This document shows positions 44,737 to 57,369 of a stretch of DNA of 64,000 nt, piece after piece (positions within the stretch are counted from its first letter, which is position 1; every line of letters begins with the position of its first letter). This stretch comes from a plasmid, in sequence record OW967251.1, one strand, 5' to 3'. The notes beneath the pieces are model-generated. The model saw only the letters and a list, made by a program, of their open reading frames with translations. It was not told where the DNA came from and did not search any database. The translations under genes were made by a program, and so were the position numbers.

Positions 44737-45657
44737 CTACTTTTTGACATCAATGCGCGGATCGACCCACGGCAGCACCAGATCCGCAATAAGGTTGCCG
44801 CCAACAATGGCAACCGCTGACACGGTGGTTACCCCGACAATCACCGGGATATCCACCTGTTGAATCGCCTGCCAGGCCAGCTGACCGATACCCGGCCAGC
44901 CAAAGACCGATTCGACTACCACCAGTCCGCCCATAAAAATGCCGATATCAATGCCTATCATCGGAATTAGCGGCAGCACGGCATTCGGCAGCACGTGACG
45001 CAGCAGTACGCGGGTTCGGCCCAGCCCTTTGGCCCGCGCGGTACGGATAAAATCCTGATGCAGCACCTCAATCATCGACGAGCGCAACATGCGTGAATAC
45101 CAGCCGCTGCCGAGCAGGCCGAGGGTTAGCGCCGGTAGCGCCAGATGGCTGAAGCCGCCATAGCCTCCCATCGGGAACCAGTTGAGTACCACGGCGAAAA
45201 GATAGAGAAAAAGCATCGCGGCGATGAACTGCGGCGCCGAAACACCGATAAAGGAGAGCGCCATCAGAAGCCGGTCCGCCAGCCCGCCGCGTTTTAACGC
45301 CGCCAGGGTGCCGAGTGCGATCCCCAGTACCAACTCGCAGAGAATACCCGCCGCCATCAGCTGCAGTGACGGCCCAATACGGGCGGAAACCAGTTCACTC
45401 ACTTCGCTGCGCTGAATAAACGAGCGTCCCAGATCGCCGTGCAGCAGCCCCTGCAGATAACGCCAATATTGCTGATAAAACGGCAGATCCAACCCCAACT
45501 GATGGCGGATGTTTTCGACTACTTCCGGCGTGGCACTGCGCCCGGCGATTTGGCGCGCTGGATCGGCGGGCAACATAAACAGCAGCAAATAGCAGATCAA
45601 CGTAACGCCAAGCAGGATCAGCCCGGCATGCAACAGACGTTTTCCCAGAAATAGCAT
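44737..45657 (-). CDS. ABC transporter permease (DppB-like)
   Basis: 306-aa membrane protein with permease EAA-like region. Confidence 0.85.
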   Translation of the reverse strand: MLFLGKRLLHAGLILLGVTLICYLLLFMLPADPARQIAGRSATPEVVENIRHQLGLDLPFYQQYWRYLQGLLHGDLGRSFIQRSEVSELVSARIGPSLQLMAAGILCELVLGIALGTLAALKRGGLADRLLMALSFIGVSAPQFIAAMLFLYLFAVVLNWFPMGGYGGFSHLALPALTLGLLGSGWYSRMLRSSMIEVLHQDFIRTARAKGLGRTRVLLRHVLPNAVLPLIPMIGIDIGIFMGGLVVVESVFGWPGIGQLAWQAIQQVDIPVIVGVTTVSAVAIVGGNLIADLVLPWVDPRIDVKK

Positions 45658-46505
45658 TAGTTTCGTCCTTTTAAGCCGGGATCGAGGGCGTCGCGCAGGG
45701 CGTCACCAGCGATATTGAAAGAGAGCGACAGCAGCACAATCGCCGCGCCGGGAAAGAACACCAGCCAGGGAGCCGAAGTAAAATAGCTCTGGCTTTCAAA
45801 GATGATGTTGCCCCAACTCGGCGTTGGCGGCTGTACCCCCACCCCGAGGAACGATAGAGTAGCTTCCAGCAGGACTGTGGTGGAGATGCCTAGTGTGGCC
45901 CAGACCAGCACCGTTGGCGCCAGATGTGGAATTAAATGCACGCCGAGAATACGCAACGTTCCGGCCCCCAGGGTGCGTTCCACGGCGATAAAGTCGCGGG
46001 CGCTAAGCGCGCTAGTTTCGGCGTAGGTAACCCTGGCGATCTGCACCCAGTTCACCATGGCGATCACCAGGGACACGATCCAGACACTTGGCTGGAAAAT
46101 CGCCGCCAGGGCAATCGCCAGCAGCAGTGCGGGAAACGCCATCATCAGATCGGTAAAGCGCATCAGCAGCCCTCCGATACGCCCCTGCAGATAACCTGCG
46201 CTAAGCCCTACCAGGACGCCGATCAGTACTGCAGTGCCGTTGGCGACAACACCGATGAGTAACGAAGTACGAGCTCCGTAAATTAAACGCGAGAAGAGAT
46301 CGCGTCCCAGCAGATCGGTTCCCAGCCAGTAAGTGCTGTTGGGAGAAAGCGGTGCGCCTTCCAGGCTCAGTCCCTCGACAAACTGTTCATCGGGATCGAA
46401 GGGGGTGAGCCAGGGGGCAAACAGCGCGCTCATCACCACCAGGAGAATAAACAGCAGCGAGAGCAGCAGGGCTGGCCGGCGCAGAAAATATCCGACTCTA
46501 TTCAT
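45657..46505 (-). CDS. ABC transporter permease (DppC-like)
   Basis: start MNRVGYFLRRPALLL...; ORF call extended upstream; 4-nt overlap with the ANTAR regulator gene. Confidence 0.8.
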   Translation of the reverse strand: MNRVGYFLRRPALLLSLLFILLVVMSALFAPWLTPFDPDEQFVEGLSLEGAPLSPNSTYWLGTDLLGRDLFSRLIYGARTSLLIGVVANGTAVLIGVLVGLSAGYLQGRIGGLLMRFTDLMMAFPALLLAIALAAIFQPSVWIVSLVIAMVNWVQIARVTYAETSALSARDFIAVERTLGAGTLRILGVHLIPHLAPTVLVWATLGISTTVLLEATLSFLGVGVQPPTPSWGNIIFESQSYFTSAPWLVFFPGAAIVLLSLSFNIAGDALRDALDPGLKGRN

Positions 46506-47095
46506 TGTGCTCCCCGCTTGCCGGACGACATTCGTAGCAGCCACTTCTGCGCCACCTGTGCCACCGACTGGTTCGTACACATTGATTCCGAGCGCAGGCG
46601 AACCCATGCCTGTTGTTCATCAATACTTTCCGCTTGCATCTGGGCCGCCAGAGCTTGGGTAATCTGCGGCATTGCTGCCAGACGCTGGCGCAGTAGCATC
46701 TGTTGCTGTTGAATGTCATGCAACTGCTGACGCAGCCCCACTGCCATCATCAGGGTGGTATAGATGGCTCGCTGTGTAATAGGCTTGGTAAGGAGCGCTG
46801 TTGCCCCTAACTCCAGCGCGCGCTGTACCTGGTAAAGTCCCTCATGTGAGGTCAGCGCGATCACCGGTATTCCCGCCAGATTGATCTGGCTCAGGGTTAG
46901 CGGGCTGGCGAATGCCTCCAGTTCCACCAGTACTGCACAGGGGGTGAGAGGAGGTAAAGCCTCATCTCCGGTCAGGTGATGCCAGCGGATACCCATCCGC
47001 GTCAGGTTTTTTTCCAGCGCTTCGCGACTCCTTGCTTCACAGTCTACCAGCAGGAGCGGCTGAGCATCTAAATCCGGGGACAGCAGCGTTTTCAT
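46502..47095 (-). CDS. amiR: response-regulator-receiver + ANTAR RNA-binding antiterminator (AmiR-like, 197 aa)
   Basis: receiver-like N-terminal half, C-terminal ANTAR helix region ...QRAIYTTLMMAVGLRQQLHDIQ... Confidence 0.7.
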   Translation of the reverse strand: MKTLLSPDLDAQPLLLVDCEARSREALEKNLTRMGIRWHHLTGDEALPPLTPCAVLVELEAFASPLTLSQINLAGIPVIALTSHEGLYQVQRALELGATALLTKPITQRAIYTTLMMAVGLRQQLHDIQQQQMLLRQRLAAMPQITQALAAQMQAESIDEQQAWVRLRSESMCTNQSVAQVAQKWLLRMSSGKRGAQ

Positions 47096-48219
47096 TTAAC
47101 AATCCTCAGAGCAGGTCTGGCTGCAACCGTTCGGCTTTCACGTAGCTCGGTCGCGGAGAGATAGGGATCGGGCATAACCGGCAGCGGTTCGCGATGCAGT
47201 ATCTGAAAGCAAGTTTGTTGCAACTCAGCGATGTAGCAGGGCAAACAGGCGTGGTTGTTTCGAGCCATTACTGAGCGAGCGCCCGGAGAATCAACGTCGT
47301 GCTGACGATGCAGTGCCGCCAGCACCGCACCCGGCTCGCTGTTTCCGGCCTCGCGCAGGCTATTGGCAAACAGCCTTACTGCCCGCCAGCCGCCGATGTA
47401 GTAGTGGGAGATGCGCTGTGCGCCATGTTGCAGGTGCTGCCGCGCGCAAAAATCGAGATCGACGCTCTCAAAAAACGGTCCGCAGGAAAGCAAACGTACC
47501 GCCCTTAGTGGCGCGACTTCGGCGACTTCGGCTTCGGTAAAATTACAGCTGAGCACCGCTAACGTCCGCCGATCGCGAAGACAGGCCTCGTCCAGTGCGC
47601 GCAGAAACGCATAAGAGGTTTCGCCTACCAGGTTATTGAGTACAAAATCTACCTCTGTGCTGAGAATCGCCTCAATCAACTCGGTCACGTTGCTGTTTCT
47701 CAGGTGCAGATATTTTTCGCCCACCACCGTACCGCCGGAACCTTCCACTACCTCACGGGCGATACGATTGCTTTCCCAGCCCCAGACGTAGTTAGAGCCG
47801 ATCAGCCAGGAGCGATTTCCGAACATATCCAGCGCCAGCCGCAGGAGTGGCAGCAGAGTCTGGTTCGGACAACCGCCCAGATATACGACCTGCTCGCAGC
47901 TCTCGAACCCCTCGTAAGGACAGCCATACCACAGCAGCAGGTTATGCTGCTCCAGGTCCGGGATAATCTCCTTCCGACTGGCAGAGGTAATGGTTCCGAA
48001 GATATGGCGGATGCCGTGAGCGATAAAGGTGCTCACCGCTTCACTGTAGGCTGCGAGTTCACCCGCAGGGTTGATATGTCGGGCCCGCAGCTGAAAAGGA
48101 TAAGCAGGATCGGCATTGATTTCCTCTAAGGCATGGCGCGCACCAAGCAGTGTGCTGTTCGCCAGGTGGCTGTAGGTACCTTCTGTGGAAAGCAAAATTC
48201 CAATATCAATAGTTTGCAC
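47092..48219 (-). CDS. amiC: AmiC-like periplasmic-binding-fold amide sensor / negative regulator (375 aa)
   Basis: Type-I PBP fold protein without signal peptide directly upstream of and overlapping the ANTAR gene, as in the Pseudomonas amiC-amiR pair. Confidence 0.65.
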   Translation of the reverse strand: MQTIDIGILLSTEGTYSHLANSTLLGARHALEEINADPAYPFQLRARHINPAGELAAYSEAVSTFIAHGIRHIFGTITSASRKEIIPDLEQHNLLLWYGCPYEGFESCEQVVYLGGCPNQTLLPLLRLALDMFGNRSWLIGSNYVWGWESNRIAREVVEGSGGTVVGEKYLHLRNSNVTELIEAILSTEVDFVLNNLVGETSYAFLRALDEACLRDRRTLAVLSCNFTEAEVAEVAPLRAVRLLSCGPFFESVDLDFCARQHLQHGAQRISHYYIGGWRAVRLFANSLREAGNSEPGAVLAALHRQHDVDSPGARSVMARNNHACLPCYIAELQQTCFQILHREPLPVMPDPYLSATELRESRTVAARPALRIVK

Positions 48220-48240
48220 GTATGTTTGCTCTCTGCATTA

Positions 48241-48280
48241 ATAAAAAAGCCTGATTGTCCTTATTAGGACAATCAGGCTT
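48241..48280 (-). terminator. leader terminator/attenuator upstream of amiC: 14-bp perfect stem (aagcctgattgtcc/ggacaatcaggctt) + U-tract on the coding (minus) strand, about 25-40 nt before the amiC start
   Basis: direct reading; minus-strand transcript ...aagccugauuguccuaauaaggacaaucaggcuuuuuuauu... Confidence 0.7.
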
Positions 48281-48551
48281 CATTACCTGTCGATATTTAA
48301 TGGATTCAAGGCTTAAGGGTTGCCCCTGCTTGCATATACCCGACATGAAAAATTCATGCCATTTTTAAAGCACAGTTAAATCAATGGATTATTTATTTTT
48401 GGAGACACTTTTGCACCAATGGGATGCGGCTTGCTCAGTTATGGTGCAATTTTCTGATGCAGTCTGGTCTCTTCAACATGAGGTGGAGTAATGCACACCT
48501 GTTTTAGTTCCACGCACTTTTTGAGAGTTCCGGTTTTTCAGCCATCAGCAG

Positions 48552-48812
48552 GTGATCCTCCGGCGTCAGGTTATTCAGGGATTCATGGGGACGCTCTGGA
48601 TGGAAGATCCTCGTGACGAAGCCGAATTTGCCCCCGGCCACGTGCTTTTTTTCGAGCGTAATGTTGTCCATGCATTACCAACCCTTCTTGAAGAACCCGT
48701 AATATTTCTGTCATTGGCCAGCCCTCGTCGTGATCCTGAAGATATTACCTTTGTTGACCCGAAAGATGGCACTGCCAGAACCTTTATGGCCAGAAATAAT
48801 GAGTCAGCATAA
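48552..48812 (+). pseudogene. possible cupin-fold gene fragment
   Basis: 86-aa ORF, weak similarity pattern only; low confidence. Confidence 0.25.
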
Positions 48813-48833
48813 AGGGCCAGAACCAAAGGTAAG

Positions 48834-49298
48834 GTGGAGCGGATGGTGAAATACCTCAAGGAGAACTTCTTCGTCCGGTACCGCCGGTTCGACAGCTTCG
48901 CCCAGGTTAATCAGCTACTGGAGCAGTGGATGGCTGACGTTGCCGACAGGCGGGAACTTCGCCAGTTCAGGCAGACACCGGAACAGCGCTTCACGCAGGA
49001 ACAGGAGCATCTGCAGCCGTTGCCGGATACGGACTTCGATACCAGCTACTTCGATATCCGTCATGTCTCCTGGGATGGCTATATCGAGGTTGGCGGAAAC
49101 CGTTACAGCGTGCCGGAAAGCCTGTGTGGCCAGCCGGTATCAATACGGATCTCGCTGGATGATGAACTGCGGATCTACAGTAATGAGCAGCAGATGGCAT
49201 CGCACCGTCTCTGTTCGGCTGCATCCGGCTGGCAGACCGTGCCGGAGCATCACGCCCCGCTCTGGCAGCAGGTCAGTCAGGTGGAACCCGAAATCTGA
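48834..49298 (+). pseudogene. istA: C-terminal remnant of an IS21-family transposase (IstA)
   Basis: ...YLKENFFVRYRRFDSF...TSYFDIRHVSWDGYIEVGGNRYSVPESLCGQPVSIRISLDDELRIY... characteristic IstA C-terminus; no upstream part and no istB. Confidence 0.7.
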
Positions 49299-49531
49299 TT
49301 TATTCAACAAAGCCGCACCAAATCATCACTCGAAGATATTCAGGCATGGTACATCCGCGGCAAGCCCCTAATTTGTACTGAGGGGCAAAGTGAAAAAAGT
49401 TACTTTTTGTTGAAACGACAGTTAGCAATATCCCCCGCTTGCGGGGGCCATACCCACCAGGAGCAAACGCAGAAAGCCCGAGATACTTCTGCTGTACCGG
49501 GGGCTGGCGACATTTCAGGCAACACTCATAG

Positions 49532-49571
49532 TTGACATCCTCCCCGCCCTAAAGGGCGGGGAGGATGTCAA
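49532..49571. repeat. 18-bp perfect palindrome with 4-nt loop (ttgacatcctccccgccc taaa gggcggggaggatgtcaa)
   Basis: direct reading; sits at the junction between the IS21 relic and the fec module. Confidence 0.9.
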
Positions 49572-49710
49572 TAATAGCAGACCACATCATGATGTCATTC
49601 TGACCGACAGATGCCAGAAGCAGAGGATCCATCCCATTTTATACCTACCTTATAACACTTAGAAAAACAACATGTTAAAAATGTTTATTGGAAACAATTT
49701 TATTTACAAT

Positions 49711-49735
49711 TGTAATGATAACCATTCTCATATTA
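49711..49735 (+). promoter_or_regulatory. Fur box in the fecI promoter (tgtaatgataaccattctcatatta)
   Basis: matches GATAATGATAATCATTATC consensus and the known E. coli fecI promoter arrangement. Confidence 0.7.
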
Positions 49736-49773
49736 ATATGGCTACGTGATAATTAACTTTTGATGCACTCCGC

Positions 49774-50291
49774 ATGTCTGACCGTGCCACTACCACAGCT
49801 TCCTTAACGTTCGAGTCGCTTTATGGCACCCATCACGGCTGGTTGAAAAGTTGGCTGACGCGCAAACTCCAGTCTGCCTTTGATGCAGATGACATTGCCC
49901 AGGACACTTTTTTGCGGGTAATGAGCAGCGAAACGCTCTCGACGATCCGCGATCCTCGCTCTTTCCTGTGCACTATCGCCAAACGCGTGATGGTGGACCT
50001 GTTTCGCCGAAACGCGCTGGAAAAAGCGTATCTGGAGATGCTGGCGCTTATGCCGGAGGGGGTAGCGCCTTCACCTGAGGAACGCGAAAGCCAGCTCGAG
50101 ACCCTACAACTCGTCGACAGCATGCTGGACGGGCTAAACGGAAAAACACGTGAAGCGTTTCTGCTTTCGCAACTGGATGGCCTGACATACAGCGAGATTG
50201 CGCACAAACTCGGTGTTTCCGTCAGCTCCGTGAAAAAATACGTGGCGAAAGCCGTCGAGCACTGCCTGCTGTTTCGTCTGGAGCATGGGTT

Positions 50292-50295
<4 letters not shown>
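49774..50295 (+). CDS. fecI: ECF sigma factor FecI
   Basis: [50 protein letters not shown]... Confidence 0.95.
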
Positions 50296-53655
<3,360 letters not shown>

Positions 53656-53693
53656 TGTGTTAACGCCCGGCTTGCCGGGCTTTTAGCTGGAAT

Positions 53694-54602
53694 GTGACTA
53701 TGTTGGCATTTATCCGTTTTCTTTTTGCAGGCCTGCTGCTGGTGATCGGCCACGCCTTTGCCGCCACGGTTCAGGACGAACACGGCACGTTTACACTCGA
53801 TAAAACGCCACAACGGATTGTGGTGCTGGAACTCTCGTTCGCCGATGCGCTGGCCGCCGTGGACGTCAGCCCGATCGGTATTGCCGACGATAACGATGCA
53901 AAACGCATCCTGCCCGAAGTGCGTGCGCACCTGAAACCGTGGCAGTCCGTCGGAACGCGCGCGCAGCCGAGCCTGGAAGCCATTGCTGCCCTGAAACCAG
54001 ACCTGATCATTGCCGACAGCAGTCGCCATGCGGGGATTTACACCGCCTTGCAGCAAATCGCGCCGGTACTGCTGCTTAAGTCCCGCAACGAAACCTACGC
54101 TGAAAATTTGCACTCAGCGGCTATCATCGGCGAAGTGGTAGGTAAAAAACGAGAGATGCAGGCGCGTCTGGAACAACATAAAGAGAAGATGGCGCAGTGG
54201 GCCAGCCAGCTTCCCACAGGGACACGCGTGGCCTTTGGCACATCACGCGAACAGCTATTCAACCTGCATACCCAGGAGACCTGGACCGGCAGCGTGCTGG
54301 CTTCTCTGGGGCTGAACGTTCCCGCTGCGATGGCGGGCGCGTCCATGCCGTCCATCGGCCTGGAGCAACTGCTGGCGGTCAATCCTGCCTGGCTGCTGGT
54401 TGCCCACTATCGCGAAGAGAGCATTGTTAAACGCTGGCAACAAGATCCGCTCTGGCAGATATTAACCGCCGCGCAGAAGCAGCAGGTTGCTTCAGTCGAC
54501 AGTAACGCCTGGGCGCGGATGCGCGGTATTTTTGCCGCAGAGCGTATTGCCGCTGACACGGTAAAAATCTTCCACCATCAGCCGCTTACCGATGTGAAAT
54601 GA
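53694..54602 (+). CDS. fecB: ferric dicitrate periplasmic binding protein FecB
   Basis: 302 aa. Confidence 0.95.
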   Translation: MTMLAFIRFLFAGLLLVIGHAFAATVQDEHGTFTLDKTPQRIVVLELSFADALAAVDVSPIGIADDNDAKRILPEVRAHLKPWQSVGTRAQPSLEAIAALKPDLIIADSSRHAGIYTALQQIAPVLLLKSRNETYAENLHSAAIIGEVVGKKREMQARLEQHKEKMAQWASQLPTGTRVAFGTSREQLFNLHTQETWTGSVLASLGLNVPAAMAGASMPSIGLEQLLAVNPAWLLVAHYREESIVKRWQQDPLWQILTAAQKQQVASVDSNAWARMRGIFAAERIAADTVKIFHHQPLTDVK

Positions 54603-55597
54603 CCGCGCTAAAACACCCGGTGCTGCTGTGGGGGCTTCCCGTTGCAGTACTTATTATTATTTTCTGGCTGAGTCTGTTTTGCTACTCGGCCATTCCTGTT
54701 TCCGGAGCAGACGCAATCCGCGCCCTGCTGCCTGGACACACGCCAACGCTACCAGAAGCGCTGGTGCAAAACCTTCGTTTGCCGCGAAGCCTGGTCGCCG
54801 TTCTGATCGGCGCAAGCCTGGCGCTCGCGGGCACGCTGCTGCAAACCCTGACCCACAACCCAATGGCCTCTCCTTCACTGCTCGGCATTAACAGCGGCGC
54901 GGCGCTGGCTATGGCGCTTACCAGCGCGCTGAGTCCGACGCCGGTTGCAGGCTATTCCCTGTCGTTCATCGCGGCATGCGGGGGCGGCGTGAGCTGGCTG
55001 CTGGTCATGACCGCAGGAGGCGGGTTTCGTCATACCCAGGACAGAAACAAACTGATCCTCGCGGGTATCGCGCTGTCGGCCTTTTGTATGGCCCTGACCC
55101 GCATCACCCTACTGCTGGCCGAAGATCATGCTTACGGCATCTTTTACTGGCTGGCAGGCGGAGTGTCCCACGCCCACTGGCAGGATGTCTGGCAGCTCTT
55201 GCCGGTGGTGGTCACTGCAGTCCCTGTCGTGTTGCTGCTGGCGAATCAACTGAACCTGCTCAACGTCAGCGACAGTACCGCCCATACGCTGGGAGTGAAC
55301 CTGCCGAGACTACGTTTGATCATCAATATGTTAGTGCTGCTTCTGGTTGGCGCGTGCGTCAGTGTGGCAGGTCCGGTGGCGTTTATCGGCCTGCTGGTGC
55401 CACATCTGGCGCGCTTCTGGGCAGGCTTCGATCAGCGCAACGTACTGCCGGTGAGCATGCTGCTGGGGGCCACGCTGATGCTGATGGCAGATGTACTCGC
55501 ACGCGCGCTGGCCTTCCCCGGCGATCTGCCCGCAGGCGCAGTGCTGGCGCTGATTGGCAGTCCTTGCTTTGTCTGGCTGGTGAGGAGGCGAGGATGA
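54599..55597 (+). CDS. fecC: ferric dicitrate ABC permease FecC
   Basis: 332 aa. Confidence 0.95.
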   Translation: MTALKHPVLLWGLPVAVLIIIFWLSLFCYSAIPVSGADAIRALLPGHTPTLPEALVQNLRLPRSLVAVLIGASLALAGTLLQTLTHNPMASPSLLGINSGAALAMALTSALSPTPVAGYSLSFIAACGGGVSWLLVMTAGGGFRHTQDRNKLILAGIALSAFCMALTRITLLLAEDHAYGIFYWLAGGVSHAHWQDVWQLLPVVVTAVPVVLLLANQLNLLNVSDSTAHTLGVNLPRLRLIINMLVLLLVGACVSVAGPVAFIGLLVPHLARFWAGFDQRNVLPVSMLLGATLMLMADVLARALAFPGDLPAGAVLALIGSPCFVWLVRRRG

Positions 55598-56550
55598 AAA
55601 TTGCGCTGGTCATTTCCATCACCCTTGCCCTGGCAGGCTGTGCGCTGTTATCACTCCATATGGGGGTGATCCCCGTGCCGTGGCGCGCGCTGCTGACCGA
55701 CTGGCAGGACGGACGCGAGCATTATTATGTATTGATGGAGTACCGACTGCCGCGCTTGCTGCTGGCACTGTTTGTCGGTGCAGCCCTCGCCGTGGCGGGC
55801 GTGCTGGTACAGGGGATTGTGCGTAACCCGCTAGCATCACCGGATATTCTCGGCATTAACCATGCCGCCAGCCTTGCCTCTGTGGGAGCACTGCTTCTTA
55901 TGCCATCACTATCCGTGATGGTGCTGCCGCTGCTGGCCTTTGCGGGCGGTATGGCGGGGTTGATCTTGCTGAAGATGCTGGCAAAGACCCACCAGCCGAT
56001 GAAGCTGGCGCTCACCGGCGTGGCGCTTTCCGCCTGCTGGGCGAGCCTGACGGATTACCTGATGCTCCTGCACCCGCAGGATGTAAACAGTGCCCTGCTG
56101 TGGCTGACGGGTAGCTTATGGGGGCGCGACTGGCACTTTGTGAAGATTGCCGTGCCGTTGCTCATTCTGTTTTTGCCGCTGAGCCTGCGCTTTTGTCGCG
56201 ATCTCGACCTGCTGGCGCTGGGCGATGCACGAGCAGCCACGCTCGGCGTGTCGGTTCAGCGCACCCGGTTCCAGGGGCTGATGCTGGCTGTCGCGATGAC
56301 AGCAACCGGCGTGGCCGTCTGTGGCCCGATAAGTTTTATTGGTCTCGTCGTGCCGCACATGGTGCGCAGGATCGCCGGCGGGCGTCACCGCTGGCTGATG
56401 CCCGTTTCGGCCCTGACGGGCGCGTTGTTGCTGGTCATTGCCGATCTGCTGGCACGAATCATTCATCCGCCGCTGGAGCTTCCGGCAGGCGTGCTGACCG
56501 CCATTATCGGCGCACCGTGGTTTGTCTGGCTGCTTGTGAGAATGCGATAA
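55594..56550 (+). CDS. fecD: ferric dicitrate ABC permease FecD (318 aa; the 524-aa ORF call is an upstream extension)
   Basis: MKIALVISITLALAGCALLSLHMGVIPVPW... start with RBS gaggagg. Confidence 0.9.
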   Translation: MKIALVISITLALAGCALLSLHMGVIPVPWRALLTDWQDGREHYYVLMEYRLPRLLLALFVGAALAVAGVLVQGIVRNPLASPDILGINHAASLASVGALLLMPSLSVMVLPLLAFAGGMAGLILLKMLAKTHQPMKLALTGVALSACWASLTDYLMLLHPQDVNSALLWLTGSLWGRDWHFVKIAVPLLILFLPLSLRFCRDLDLLALGDARAATLGVSVQRTRFQGLMLAVAMTATGVAVCGPISFIGLVVPHMVRRIAGGRHRWLMPVSALTGALLLVIADLLARIIHPPLELPAGVLTAIIGAPWFVWLLVRMR

Positions 56551-57318
56551 ATGAGATTACGTACTGAAAATCTGACCGTCAGCTATGGCGCACAAACCGT
56601 GCTGGATGGACTTTCTCTCGCCCTGCCTGCCGGAAAAATCACGGCCCTGCTCGGCCCTAACGGTTGCGGGAAATCGACGCTGTTGAACTGTTTTTCTCGC
56701 CTGTTAACACCAGACTCTGGCGAGATATTGCTTGATGAAAAACCCATAGCCGGTTTTTCCGCCCGCCAGCTGGCTCGCCGCCTGGCTTTACTGCCGCAAC
56801 ACCATTTATCCCCCGAGGGGATCACTGTACGGGAACTGGTTTCCTACGGCCGCAGCCCGTGGCTGTCGTTGTGGGGGCGACTCTCCGCGGAAGACAACGA
56901 GCGGGTCAACGTGGCAATGAGTCAGACCCGGACGCGCAATCTGGCTGACCGCAGGTTAACCCAGCTTTCCGGCGGCCAGCGCCAGCGTGCGTTTCTGGCG
57001 ATGGTGCTGGCACAGGATACCCCACTCATTCTTCTTGATGAGCCTACGACCTACCTCGATATCAATCATCAGGTTGAACTGATGCGCCTGATGGTTGAAC
57101 TCAAAAGGCAGGGGAAAACCGTAGTGACGGTACTCCACGATCTGAATCAGGCCAGCCGCTATTGCGATCATCTGGTGGTACTGGCAAGCGGTCGCGTGAT
57201 GGCGCAAGGTGCTCCGGAAGCAGTGATGAAACCAGAGCTTCTAAAGACGGTGTTCAGCGTAGAAGCGGAAATCCATCCCGAACCGGTATCTGGCAGACCC
57301 ATGTGTGTGGTGAAGTAG
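56551..57318 (+). CDS. fecE: ferric dicitrate ABC ATPase FecE
   Basis: Walker A GPNGCGKST, LSGGQRQR, 255 aa. Confidence 0.95.
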   Translation: MRLRTENLTVSYGAQTVLDGLSLALPAGKITALLGPNGCGKSTLLNCFSRLLTPDSGEILLDEKPIAGFSARQLARRLALLPQHHLSPEGITVRELVSYGRSPWLSLWGRLSAEDNERVNVAMSQTRTRNLADRRLTQLSGGQRQRAFLAMVLAQDTPLILLDEPTTYLDINHQVELMRLMVELKRQGKTVVTVLHDLNQASRYCDHLVVLASGRVMAQGAPEAVMKPELLKTVFSVEAEIHPEPVSGRPMCVVK

Positions 57319-57369
57319 TCTGGCGAAGTCATAAGGATCATCACAGGACAGATAAAGGAAGTGATAACC

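Noticed and set aside
54976-56550. 524-aa ORF call for fecD
   Set aside because: Upstream extension in the fecC region; fecD starts at ATG 55594 preceded by gaggagg.
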